A stretch of DNA of 58,879 bases, the filler included. It is 6 parts of 6 records of this genome, joined end to end, with 100 filler letters (N's around TTAATTAATTAA, not from the genome) between each part and the next. Parts side by side here need not be neighbours in the genome. Positions count along the whole stretch, not along the records: positions 25,856 to 32,286 come from DRR723986_4296; positions 32,387 to 43,482 come from DRR723986_4299; 4 more parts are not named here. One strand, written 5' to 3'. Below, in pieces: positions 27,080-37,174 of this stretch. The notes under the pieces were generated by a model that was not told the DNA's origin, made no database searches, and saw nothing but the letters and a program-made list of their open reading frames with translations. Numbering within the stretch: the stretch's first letter is position 1; each line of letters opens with the position of its first letter. Position numbers and translations under genes: made by a program.

Positions 27080-27426
27080 GCGCCCCCCTGCCCCCAGCGG
27101 CGCAGCGCCAAAAACGTGCCCACTGTGGCCAGCATTGCGGCGATGGTAGACAGCACCAGCACCACCGCCAAAGCCGGCCAATCCGACGACAGGATGGAAA
27201 GATTGCCCACCACACCCACGCCGGCGGGCACAAACATCAACGACAGGTTCGCCAGCACCACCCCCACCGTGGGGCGCAGCACCAGCGCCAGGCGCGGGAT
27301 AAGGCGCAGCCCCACCAAGAGCGCGGCCATCCCCAACACCGGGCCAGGCACAGGCAGCTGCAACCCGCGCGCCAGCGCCTCGCCCAGCAGCTGGCACGAC
27401 AGCAATATCGCCAAGGAAAGAACCAT
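27076..27426 (-). CDS. CidA/LrgA family holin-like protein
   Basis: QLLGE...LPVPGPVLGM...LSLMFVPAGVG; ATGA-coupled to lrgB. Confidence 0.9.
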   Translation of the reverse strand: MVLSLAILLSCQLLGEALARGLQLPVPGPVLGMAALLVGLRLIPRLALVLRPTVGVVLANLSLMFVPAGVGVVGNLSILSSDWPALAVVLVLSTIAAMLATVGTFLALRRWGQGGA

Positions 27427-27514
27427 CTGCGCCCCCTATGATTTGCCAGCCCAGTTTTGCCACCCCAGGCGCAAAGCGCCAGCAGAATGTGGCCGCGCGC
27501 GCAGGCCCGGCGGG

Positions 27515-30500
27515 TTAGCCGCGTTTTTTGGCCTTTTTATGGGCCAAAAGTTTCTCGGCCAGATCGCGGGCAATGGCAAAAGCACCCTTGATTTTATCGG
27601 CATCCGATTTCCAATCGCGGCGCACCACGATTTTGTTATCTTTCACCTTGGCCAAGCCGTTTTGGGCCTGAATGAATTCAACCAAACCCTGAGGGCTGGC
27701 AAAACTGTCGTTGTGAAATTGCAGCGTGGCGCCTTTGGGCCCGGCATCCAGCCTGGAAATGCCGGCGCGTTTGCACATGTCTTTGATGCGCACCACCAAA
27801 AGCAGGGTGTTTACCTCTTTGGGCAATTTGCCAAAACGGTCGATCAATTCGGCGGCAAAGCCTTCCAGTTCGACCTTGCTGTGCAGGTTGCTTAGACGCC
27901 GATAAAGCCCCAGGCGCACATCCAGATCTGGCACGTAATCTTCGGGTATCAGCACCGGCACGCCCAGGTTCAGCTGTGGCGCCCAGGCATCGCCTGCATC
28001 GCTTAGGCCCTCCAGCTCGCCCGTGCGGATCTTGGCAATCGCCTCTTCCAGCATCTGTTGATACAGCTCATAGCCCACATCGCGCATCTGGCCTGATTGC
28101 TCTTCGCCCAGCAGGTTGCCCGCGCCGCGAATATCCAGATCTTGGCTGGCCAGGGCAAAGCCCGCGCCCAAAGTATCAAGGCTGCCCAGAACCCGCAGGC
28201 GTTTTTCTGCGGCCGGGGTCAGCTTGGCGCGCGGTTTGGTGGTAAGATAGGCATAGGCCCGGGTTTTCGAGCGCCCCACCCGCCCCCGAATTTGATACAG
28301 CTGCGACAGGCCGAACATATCAGAGCGGTGCACAATCATGGTGTTGGCGGTGGGGATATCCAGCCCGCTTTCCACAATTGTGGTGGCCAAGAGCACATCG
28401 AACTTGCCGTCATAAAAGGCGTTCATGCGATCGTCCAGCTCGCCTGCGGCCATTTGGCCATGGGCCACAACATAGCTGACTTCGGGCACCTGTTCGCGCA
28501 AAAACGCCTCGATTTCGGGCAGATCGGTGATGCGCGGCACCACGTAAAACGATTGCCCCCCGCGGTAATGTTCGCGCAGCAATGCCTCGCGGATGGTGAC
28601 GGCATCAAATTCCGACACATAGGTGCGAATGGCCAGCCGATCGACCGGCGGCGTGCCAATGATCGACAGATCGCGCACACCCGAAAGCGACAATTGCAAG
28701 GTGCGCGGTATGGGCGTGGCCGTCAGCGTAAGCACATGCACATCGCTGCGCAGCTGTTTCAGCCGCTCTTTATGCGCCACGCCGAAATGCTGCTCTTCAT
28801 CGATAATCAGCAGGCCCAGGTTTTTGAACGCCACCCCCTTGGCCAGCAGCGCATGGGTGCCCACCACCACATCTACCGTGCCCCGCGCCATGCCTTCGCG
28901 GGTGGCGTTGGCCTCTTTGGTGGTTACAAACCGCGACAGCGCGCGCACCTCTAGGGGAAAGCCGCGAAACCGTTCGGCAAAGCTTTTGTAATGCTGGCGC
29001 GCCAACAGCGTTGTGGGGGCAATCACCGCCACTTGCAGCCCGGCCATGGCCGCCACAAAGGCTGCACGCATGGCCACTTCGGTTTTGCCAAAGCCCACAT
29101 CGCCGCAAATCAAGCGATCCATCGGCCGGCCCGAGGACAGATCTGCCAGCACATCTTCGATGGCGCGCAGCTGATCGTCGGTTTCTTGATAGGGAAAGCG
29201 CGCTGAAAACGCCTCCCAGGCGTGATGGGCGGGTTCCAGCATCGGGGCGCTGCGCAGCTCGCGCTCGGCGGCCACGCGGATCAGGCGTTCGGCCATTTCG
29301 CGAATGCGCTCTTTCAGGCGGGCCTTTTTGGCCTGCCATGCGCCGCCGCCCAGCCTGTCGAGTAGCCCCTCTTCGTGGCCAAACCGCGAGAGCAATTCAA
29401 TGTTTTCAACCGGCAGATACAGTTTGGCGCCTTCGGCATATTCCAGCAGCAAACATTCATGCGCCGCCCCCGCGGCTGTCACCACCTCGAGCCCCAAAAA
29501 CCGCCCCACGCCATGATCAACATGCACCACCAAATCGCCCGCCGCCAGCGATTGCGCCTCGGTCAGGAAATTATCGGCCTTGCGGCGTTTCTTGGGCGCG
29601 CGGATCAGCCGATCGCCCAGAACATCTTGTTCGGAAATCACCGTGAGATTGGCGCATTCATAGCCCTGCTCGAGCGCCCAAACCGCCAGGTGCAGCCCGT
29701 GTTTGCCCACTGCGCGCATATCGCGCAGATGCACAGCGCCGACCAACCCCTCGTCGCTGATCAGCCCATCCAGACGCTCGCGCGCACCCTCGGAATACGA
29801 GGCCACAACCACCGGCCCTTTTTCCATTTTTGCGCGAATATGATCTGACAGCGCCTTGAAAAGGCTTAGGTTTTCCGATTGTCTTTCCGGCGCAAAATTG
29901 CGCCCGATACGCCCGCCTGCATCAATTGTATTGGGCCCGCTGGCCTGGGGCAGCGGATGAAACTGCAGCACGCGCCGCCCCGCCAATGCCTGCGACCAGG
30001 CGCTATCATCCAGATACAACAGCCCCGGCGGCACGGGCTTATACACGCTATCCATACGCCCCTTTTGCGCCATCGCGATGCGGCGGGTTTCGTATTGGTC
30101 CATGATCGCGTCAAAGCGCGCCACGCGCGTGGGTGTAACCTGATCATCCAGCGTCACGCTGGCCTTTGGCAGATAGTCGAAAAGCACCTCGAGCCGGTCG
30201 TGGAAAAACGGCAACCAATGCTCGATCCCTTGGGTTTTACGCCCGGCACTGACCGCCTCGTAGAGCGGGTCATCGGCGGTTTGGCCAAATTCGATACGGT
30301 AATTCTGCCGAAACCGGGTAATGGCGGCCTCGTCCAGGATAACCTCAGAGACAGGCGCCAGTTCTACAAGATCCAGCGTTTCAGTGGTGCGTTGGCTGGC
30401 CGGATCAAAACGGCGGGCGCCATCTAACACATCGCCAAAAAAATCAAGCCGCACAGGCCCCGCATCGCCCGGTGGGAAAATATCAATTATCCCCCCCCTG

Positions 30501-30961
30501 ATCGCGTAATCGCCCGGCTCGGTCACGGTGGGGGCTTGCGAAAAGCCCATGCGCACCAAAAAGCCGCGCAGGGCCTCTTCATCGACCCGGGTGCCCACCT
30601 GGGCGCTAAAGGCTGCGGTTTTCAGCACCTCGCGCGCAGGCAGGCGCTGCATCGCGGCGCTGATGGTGGTTAGCATCACGAATTGCTTGGGCCCGCCATG
30701 CACCAGCGTGGCCAAGCTGGCCATGCGCGCGGCCGAAATATCGGCATTCGGGCTGACACGATCGTAAGGCAGGCAATCCCAGGCGGGAAAGCGCAGCACC
30801 GGCATATCTGGGGCGTGAAACCGCAGCGCCGCCTCGATCGCGGCCATGCGTTTATCATCGCGCGCCACATGGATCACCGCGCCCCCGGTTTTGGCGCATT
30901 CATCCAAAATCAGGCGTGCATCAAAGCCTTCGGGCGCGCCACCAACTGTGATATTAGCCAT
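27515..30961 (-). CDS. mfd: Transcription-repair coupling factor Mfd
   Basis: FPAWDCLPYD, HVDHGVG, CGDVGFGKTEVA, DEEQHFG, TATPIPRT, QIRGRVGR; ATG at 30961. Confidence 0.97.
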   Translation of the reverse strand: MANITVGGAPEGFDARLILDECAKTGGAVIHVARDDKRMAAIEAALRFHAPDMPVLRFPAWDCLPYDRVSPNADISAARMASLATLVHGGPKQFVMLTTISAAMQRLPAREVLKTAAFSAQVGTRVDEEALRGFLVRMGFSQAPTVTEPGDYAIRGGIIDIFPPGDAGPVRLDFFGDVLDGARRFDPASQRTTETLDLVELAPVSEVILDEAAITRFRQNYRIEFGQTADDPLYEAVSAGRKTQGIEHWLPFFHDRLEVLFDYLPKASVTLDDQVTPTRVARFDAIMDQYETRRIAMAQKGRMDSVYKPVPPGLLYLDDSAWSQALAGRRVLQFHPLPQASGPNTIDAGGRIGRNFAPERQSENLSLFKALSDHIRAKMEKGPVVVASYSEGARERLDGLISDEGLVGAVHLRDMRAVGKHGLHLAVWALEQGYECANLTVISEQDVLGDRLIRAPKKRRKADNFLTEAQSLAAGDLVVHVDHGVGRFLGLEVVTAAGAAHECLLLEYAEGAKLYLPVENIELLSRFGHEEGLLDRLGGGAWQAKKARLKERIREMAERLIRVAAERELRSAPMLEPAHHAWEAFSARFPYQETDDQLRAIEDVLADLSSGRPMDRLICGDVGFGKTEVAMRAAFVAAMAGLQVAVIAPTTLLARQHYKSFAERFRGFPLEVRALSRFVTTKEANATREGMARGTVDVVVGTHALLAKGVAFKNLGLLIIDEEQHFGVAHKERLKQLRSDVHVLTLTATPIPRTLQLSLSGVRDLSIIGTPPVDRLAIRTYVSEFDAVTIREALLREHYRGGQSFYVVPRITDLPEIEAFLREQVPEVSYVVAHGQMAAGELDDRMNAFYDGKFDVLLATTIVESGLDIPTANTMIVHRSDMFGLSQLYQIRGRVGRSKTRAYAYLTTKPRAKLTPAAEKRLRVLGSLDTLGAGFALASQDLDIRGAGNLLGEEQSGQMRDVGYELYQQMLEEAIAKIRTGELEGLSDAGDAWAPQLNLGVPVLIPEDYVPDLDVRLGLYRRLSNLHSKVELEGFAAELIDRFGKLPKEVNTLLLVVRIKDMCKRAGISRLDAGPKGATLQFHNDSFASPQGLVEFIQAQNGLAKVKDNKIVVRRDWKSDADKIKGAFAIARDLAEKLLAHKKAKKRG

Positions 30962-31523
30962 TGTTTTCCTGCTGCTGGCCAACCTCGAACAGGCTGGAAT
31001 GGTTTTGCATGCTGTAGCGCATGTTTTGATACATGCCCCAGATAGCGGTCAAAAAGATCGAGACCATACCAATCACCTGCACCCAAAGGCGCAACCGCGC
31101 CAGGGCCTGGGCCAGATCTGCGCCTTGCAGCGCATTTTCATGAACATATTGCGCGGCTCTGGCCGATTTCACCCCCACCAGCGCCATGGGGAAAAACAGA
31201 CAAAACAGCGCCTGCGCCAGCTGCACCCCATAGCCAAAGCCCAAAACCGCCAGCGCGCTCAGCGCAAAACTGCCCAAAGCCACCGAAACCGTGCCCGACA
31301 CGCGGGCAATATTGGCCAGGCGCGCCGCCATGATGCGCCCCAGCACATCCAGCTCGGCCTGCGCAGCCCCGCCCATGGCCCGCGCCCGGCTGACCATATC
31401 AAAGGGAATGCCCAGCACCCAATGCGCCGCGGTTGACCACATCACCGCAAGGGCAATCCAATACCAAACGCTGGAAAACGAGCCAAAATTTACCACCGTA
31501 GTCAGCCGATCAAACCACGCCAC
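30954..31523 (-). CDS. Conserved Rhodobacteraceae membrane protein (often labelled 'component of SufBCD complex')
   Basis: SFSSVWYWIALAVMWS...VLGIPFDMV; usual position between hemB and mfd; GTG start inferred. Confidence 0.7.
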   Translation of the reverse strand: MAWFDRLTTVVNFGSFSSVWYWIALAVMWSTAAHWVLGIPFDMVSRARAMGGAAQAELDVLGRIMAARLANIARVSGTVSVALGSFALSALAVLGFGYGVQLAQALFCLFFPMALVGVKSARAAQYVHENALQGADLAQALARLRLWVQVIGMVSIFLTAIWGMYQNMRYSMQNHSSLFEVGQQQENNG

Positions 31524-31641
31524 GCCCACGCCCCTATGCAACCATGCCGCCTGCATATCTGGCCTTTGCGGCAAATCCTACCCTTGAGACAGCGGAAATT
31601 TCGTGCCAAGCCTTACACAAGAACAAAATTTGGAACCTCAC

Positions 31642-32286
31642 ATGCGCCCCACACAAGCCGCCTTTCCCGCCACACGGCTTCGCCGAACCCGCCAAACTGC
31701 CGCGGTGCGCGCATTGGTGCAAGAAAACAGCCTGTCGGTGGGCGATCTGATTTGGCCTGTGTTTTTATGCGATGGCACAGATGTGGTGCAGCCCGTGGCC
31801 TCGATGCCCGGTGTCAACCGGCTTAGCGTTGATCGCGTGGTGCAGGCCGCGCGCGAGGCGCATGCGCTGGGCATTCCCGCGATTTGCCTGTTTCCCTACA
31901 CCGACCCGGCCAAGAAAACCGCCGATTGCGCCGAGGCCTGGAACCCCGATAACCTGTCCAACACAGCCACCCGCGCCATCAAAGACGCTGTGCCAGATAT
32001 CGCCATCATGACCGATGTCGCGCTAGACCCCTACAACAGCATGGGCCATGATGGCTTTGTTGTAGATGGCAAAATCATCAATGACGAAACCGTCGAGGCA
32101 TTGGTAAAACAGGCCCTGTCGCAGGCGCGCGCGGGCGCCGATATCATCGGCCCCTCTGACATGATGGATGGCCGCATTGGCGCCATGCGCAGCGCGCTAG
32201 AATCCGAAGGGTTCAAAGACGTGATGCTGCTGTCTTATGCCGCCAAATACGCCAGCGCCTTTTATGGCCCGTTCCGCGATGCGGTG
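31642..32286 (+). CDS. hemB: Porphobilinogen synthase, N-terminal part (3' cut)
   Basis: RLRRTR, DLIWPVF, MTDVALDPY, PSDMMDGRI, KYASAFYGPFRDA. Confidence 0.95.
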
Positions 32287-32386
32287 NNNNNNNNNNNNNN
32301 NNNNNNNNNNNNNNNNNNNNNNNNNNNNNNTTAATTAATTAANNNNNNNNNNNNNNNNNNNNNNNNNNNNNNNNNNNNNNNNNNNN
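32287..32386. other. Artificial contig spacer
   Basis: N-run + TTAATTAATTAA (32331-32342) + N-run. Confidence 0.97.
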
Positions 32387-33205
32387 CTGCACCTGATAGG
32401 GGATCTCGGTGACGACGATCGCCCATTGCCCGCGGCCGAGATCTTCCACTTCCCAGCGGGCACGAACGCGGAAACTGCCGCGTCCGGTTTCATAGGCCTC
32501 GCGAATGGACCCCTGGTCCGACACCAGAAGACCGCCGGTCGGGAAATCCGGGCCCTTGATGTACTCCAGCAGCTCGCCGGTTTCCGCATTCGGGTTCTTG
32601 ATCAGGTGTTGGCAGGCCTCACAGAGTTCGAACGCATTGTGCGGCGGAATGGAGGTCGCCATGCCAACGGCAATGCCCGACGAACCGTTGCCGAGAAGGT
32701 TCGGAAAGCCGCCCGGCAGAACGATCGGCTCCTTGTCCTCACCGTCATAAGTCTCACGGAAATCAACGGCGTTCTCGTCCAGGCCGTCCAGCAGCCGTTT
32801 GGCCGTGTCGGTCATGCGCGCTTCGGTGTAACGCATGGCAGCCGCGTTATCGCCGTCAACGTTGCCGAAGTTGCCCTGTCCGTCGATCAGCGGATAGCGC
32901 TGCGCGAAGTCCTGGGCGAGACGAACGAGGGCATCGTAGACCGCCTGGTCGCCGTGCGGGTGGTATTTACCGATCACGTCACCAACAACACGGGCACATT
33001 TCTTGAAGCCGGACCCAGGGTCCAGTTTCAAAAGGCGCATTGCGTAAAGCAGGCGCCTGTGCACCGGTTTCAAACCGTCGCGCACATCCGGCAAGGCCCG
33101 GTGCATGATGGTCGACAGTGCATAGGCCAGATAGCGCTCTTCCAGCGCATTCTTGAGATTGATGCTCTCAATGCCGCTTGGCGGCGGTGTCGTCTCTTTT
33201 CCCAT
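32387..33205 (-). CDS. parC: DNA topoisomerase IV subunit A, N-terminal part (3' cut)
   Basis: [46 protein letters not shown]. Confidence 0.93.
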
Positions 33206-33500
33206 ACTTGCTTGCTAGCTGTTTCAGGCACGAGGTGCAATTCGCTAACTGCCTCGAATGGCCGGGAACAGCGGATTTTCAACGGATTTTACACGTCTGT
33301 GGGTGAATTTCTATCCACCACAGGCGAGGGCAGGAGAGTACGGAAGGCGTGCGAGCAAGAAGTCCATTCAAAGAAAAACTCGAAGTAAAATATCGAAAAC
33401 TGCGAAGCTTCCTTAATGTCATGTCAAGGAGAGAGCGGTATTAATCCAAGAAAGGCTGCGGATTTTACCGATGCCCGGTTAAACTTTGGAACATGCCTGA

Positions 33501-35543
33501 ATGGGTTCAAACTGGATGACGTCGGCCTTGACGGCTTTCAAAACGTGGGTTGCTGGTGATAGTGGCGACCCGGACGTTGCCCTTGCGCAATATCAGTTCA
33601 TCCAGCGCCAGACACCGTTCCTCTACATGATGAGCCTGGCTGGCGGCTGGGGTTTATCGGTAACGCACTGGTCGGTTGCTCCGATCGCTCTGACGCTTGT
33701 GGTGCCGCTACTCGTGACCGCCTTCGCCGTGCAGCGGATCGTGACGGTTCGCAGGCGCCAGAAAGAAACGCCGAGCCACGCTGAAATTCTTGCCTGGCAG
33801 AAGCAGGCCAAGGTCCTGGCGGTGGTTTCTCCTGCGATTTTCTCGATCTGGGTTCTGTCGCTTTTTCCCTACGGCGGGCCATACCTGCAGGTTCAGGTGG
33901 TCTTCACGATTGCCGTCGCCAATCTGGTGCTGCTTTTCTGCCTGATCCATTTTCGCGCGGTTGCCCTCATCAACGCCTTCTGCGCCAACACCTTGTATTT
34001 TATATACTTTGCCATCGCAGGCGAGCATGTCTTCACCTATTTCGCACTCTATGGAATAGCGGCTTCCATGGGGGCCTTCTTCATCCTGAACAACCACTAT
34101 CGCGGCTTCATCAAACTGATCCGCACGGGCAGGGATCTGAAACGTCATTCCGAGGAACTGGAACACAAGCAGGATGAAACCCAGAAACTGAGTGATTTGA
34201 ACTACTACATCGCGAACCACGATCACATGACCGGTCTGCCGAACCGGCGTTGCTTTCTTCTGGAACTGGATCAAAACTTCAGGTCGGCTCGCCAGTCGGG
34301 GGAACCGCTGTCGTTGTGTGTATTCGATCTGGGAGGTCTCAGGGCCATCAACAACATCTATGGGCTCAACACCGGAGATCAGATCCTTCTTGAGGTCGTG
34401 CGGCGGCTGAAATCCAAACTTGCACCGCAAATGTTCGTGGCCCGGATTGCCGGTGACGAGTTCGCATTATTAGCCGTTGGGGACGAAGCAGCCTTTTCGG
34501 ACGTCAGCAGTTTCTTTGACGAACTGTTTGCAGAGAGTTGCCAACTGCCGGAAGCCAGCATGAAGCTGAACTATGCCGCCGGTATAGCTCATCTGGATGA
34601 AAGCGTTCTGTCACCGACGGACCTGCTGGAACACGCCGTCTACGTTCTCCAGGAAGCAAAACTCAATCGGAACGAGCCGGTTGCCGTGTTCGGACCGCGC
34701 CACAGCGAACAGATGCTGTCCCACGCCAGAGTTACCCAGGCGCTGCAGTCGGCGGATATTGAAGCCGAATTGTCGGTTGCCTTTCAACCGATCGTGGATG
34801 TGGCACACAACCGGATTACGGGTGTGGAATGTCTTGCCCGTTGGAACAGTCCGTTGCTGGGCAATGTGCCGCCAGGTGAGTTCATCCCGATTGCCGAACG
34901 TTGCGGAGTGATCAACAGGCTGACGCTGGTCTTGTTGCGCAAGGCGCTTGAAGCCGCTCGTCACTGGCCAGCCGATCTGAAGCTGTCTTTCAACCTGTCG
35001 GCAAGCAACCTCTCGTCCCGTGGTTTCGTGCAGGAGATACTCGACCTGTTGGAGAGCTTCGGATTTGAGCCAGGGCGACTGCATTGCGAAGTGACGGAAA
35101 CTTCCGTGATGTGGGATTTCAAGGAAGCGAGCCGGGCGATCCTGGCCTTGAAGGAAACCGGGATCCGTCTGTCACTCGACGATTTCGGCACCGGTTATTC
35201 GAGCCTTTCCCATGTTCACAAGCTGCCCCTCGACTGCATCAAGGTCGATCGAAGTTTCGTCCACGGAATTCGGCCGGATACGGCCGGATATGGCATCGTC
35301 AAGTCGCTGTTGGCCCTCAGCCGCGACATGGGTATTGCCTGCGTTGTCGAAGGCGTTGAAACGGAAGAGGAACTGTCCGTTCTAAAAAGTCTCGGTACAA
35401 GCGAAGTGCAGGGTTACCTGTTTTCCAGGCCGCTTTCCGATGCGGATCTTGGACGCCTGTTTGCCAAGGGCATGACCCTTTCCAGCGGCACTATGCAATC
35501 GGTTGACCCTCCGGTTGCTTTGGAGGCTGCCCAGGCAGGATGA
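33501..35543 (+). CDS. Membrane-bound GGDEF(degenerate)-EAL protein, probable c-di-GMP phosphodiesterase
   Basis: N-terminal TM helices; DHMTGLPNRR; RIAGDEF; ECLARW, EVTE, DDFGTGYSSL, KVDRSF, EGVE, QGY. Confidence 0.9.
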   Translation: MGSNWMTSALTAFKTWVAGDSGDPDVALAQYQFIQRQTPFLYMMSLAGGWGLSVTHWSVAPIALTLVVPLLVTAFAVQRIVTVRRRQKETPSHAEILAWQKQAKVLAVVSPAIFSIWVLSLFPYGGPYLQVQVVFTIAVANLVLLFCLIHFRAVALINAFCANTLYFIYFAIAGEHVFTYFALYGIAASMGAFFILNNHYRGFIKLIRTGRDLKRHSEELEHKQDETQKLSDLNYYIANHDHMTGLPNRRCFLLELDQNFRSARQSGEPLSLCVFDLGGLRAINNIYGLNTGDQILLEVVRRLKSKLAPQMFVARIAGDEFALLAVGDEAAFSDVSSFFDELFAESCQLPEASMKLNYAAGIAHLDESVLSPTDLLEHAVYVLQEAKLNRNEPVAVFGPRHSEQMLSHARVTQALQSADIEAELSVAFQPIVDVAHNRITGVECLARWNSPLLGNVPPGEFIPIAERCGVINRLTLVLLRKALEAARHWPADLKLSFNLSASNLSSRGFVQEILDLLESFGFEPGRLHCEVTETSVMWDFKEASRAILALKETGIRLSLDDFGTGYSSLSHVHKLPLDCIKVDRSFVHGIRPDTAGYGIVKSLLALSRDMGIACVVEGVETEEELSVLKSLGTSEVQGYLFSRPLSDADLGRLFAKGMTLSSGTMQSVDPPVALEAAQAG

Positions 35544-35667
35544 AGGCGCGTCGTCTAAATGCCTTTGGTTGCAGGAAAGGATTGTAGGAAACAGCACCGT
35601 CCCTTAGACCGTCGACGGGTTTATTCAGCCGCACTGCCAATCGTGTGGTTCCTTTGCTGGGGGGGGC

Positions 35668-36342
35668 ATGGCTTCCAAACGCAAATCTTTTCGCTGGCTC
35701 TTGGTCGGTTTGGTAGCGCTGGTTCTGGTCGCGGTCGCGGTGTCCTGGAACGATTTTTACCTGCTGCGCCTGAAAACCTATTCCAATCTTTCAAGCAACA
35801 TGCGTCCGACCCTGGAGGTCGATGAAGTTGTTTTTGCGACAAAAATCTTCCCCTCAATGGGCGAGCACTATGAGCCAGTCCGCGGAGACGTAATCGTTTT
35901 CACTATCGCCGCCAAAAGAGCGAACGATTATATGAAAAGGGTCATCGGCTTGCCTGGCGAGCGCATACGGCTTCAGGACGGCGTGGTGCTGATCAATGAT
36001 GTGCCTGTTCCACGTCAGGCCCTTGCAGACTATCGCTACGAGGATCGAGACGGCTCAGAGATCTCTGCTCCGCGATTCAGGGAAACTTTGCCGAACGGCA
36101 GAAGTTACGAAGTTCTGGATCTCGATCCGCAAGGAGAAATGGACACGACAAGAGAATATGTCGTGCCCGACGGTCATCTGTTTGTAATGGGCGACAATCG
36201 AGACAACTCCGTCGATAGTCGTTTTACAGACTACATCGGGTATGTACCGCTGAGTGGGGTCTTCGGTGTCGTTGAGATGATCCTTCTTCCGAAAGGCGAG
36301 GGCAGTTCGCTGTGGCAGCCGCAGCAGCCGGAAGCAAATTAG
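35668..36342 (+). CDS. Signal peptidase I (S26) paralog, catalytic Ser apparently replaced by Asn
   Basis: TM anchor, SSNMRPTL, RGDVIVF, YMKRVIGLPGE, GDNRDNSVDSR. Confidence 0.85.
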   Translation: MASKRKSFRWLLVGLVALVLVAVAVSWNDFYLLRLKTYSNLSSNMRPTLEVDEVVFATKIFPSMGEHYEPVRGDVIVFTIAAKRANDYMKRVIGLPGERIRLQDGVVLINDVPVPRQALADYRYEDRDGSEISAPRFRETLPNGRSYEVLDLDPQGEMDTTREYVVPDGHLFVMGDNRDNSVDSRFTDYIGYVPLSGVFGVVEMILLPKGEGSSLWQPQQPEAN

Positions 36343-36359
36343 GGCGTGTTTCTGGAGTT

Positions 36360-37115
36360 TCAGAAATTCCAGGGAAATTCGGTTCGGTAACGCTTCTCAA
36401 GGGCGGAGAGTACCTGGCTTCGCGTGCCGCCGTCCCTGGTGCCATGTTCCTGCAGGTATCTGTTCAGAAAAAAGCTTGTCAGGTCGAACCCCTGGGTGAC
36501 ATCAGCCCAGGTCAGCTCACTGCCGGCCTGCCGTTGCCCCTCAAGAAGAAAGCCGGGCAGGGGCAGCAGACGGTCATGATAGGGCGTGCCGGCTTCCCGG
36601 CAGACCGCACGGGCGGATTTCGGCGACACGTAGGCAAGGTCTTCGTTGCTGCCTGTGGCGGCGCAGGACGAAAGATCGAGACCGATGCCGAGGTCGCGCA
36701 ATACCTCAAGCTCGAAACGGACCAGAAGCGCGGCTGCCGCGTCCGAAGCCTCCAGATGGTCCAGAACCACCGTTAGCGCATTGAACAGTCTCGGGTAGGC
36801 GTGGCGTTCGGGCAGGAGACGGAGCAGAAAGGCCAGATGCTGAAGCGCGGCCAGACCGAGGCTGCTGGTCATGAGGTCACCCGCCCGCAGGGTTTCCGGC
36901 TCTATGTGAAATTGACCGAGATGGTCGGAAAGGCGTGCCTTCCAGGTGAGGGCGAGCTCATTGCCGGGCTGCAGGACAGGCCGGTGCCGCCGCGAGCGGC
37001 CACCACGGACAAGACCGAGGTGGCGGCCATGATCCAGCGTCATGGCCTCCAGAATGACATCGTTTTCGCCGTGTTTGCGGGTGGTCAGCACCACGCCGCG
37101 TCCGCTCCATTCCAA
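36360..37115 (-). CDS. recO: DNA repair protein RecO
   Basis: TTG start; RKHGEND, HGRHLGLVRGG, ARLSDHLG, SCAATG, YVSPKS. Confidence 0.93.
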   Translation of the reverse strand: MEWSGRGVVLTTRKHGENDVILEAMTLDHGRHLGLVRGGRSRRHRPVLQPGNELALTWKARLSDHLGQFHIEPETLRAGDLMTSSLGLAALQHLAFLLRLLPERHAYPRLFNALTVVLDHLEASDAAAALLVRFELEVLRDLGIGLDLSSCAATGSNEDLAYVSPKSARAVCREAGTPYHDRLLPLPGFLLEGQRQAGSELTWADVTQGFDLTSFFLNRYLQEHGTRDGGTRSQVLSALEKRYRTEFPWNF

Positions 37116-37174
37116 GGGCCGTTTCCCGTTTCATGCCAGGCCGGGAGTTTGGCGGATTCGGCGACCCGCGCAAA

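Noticed and set aside
26357-27463. 368-aa ORF suggesting a CidA-LrgB fusion
   Set aside because: cidA is in a different frame and ATGA-coupled to lrgB at 27076-27079; an ordinary two-gene operon
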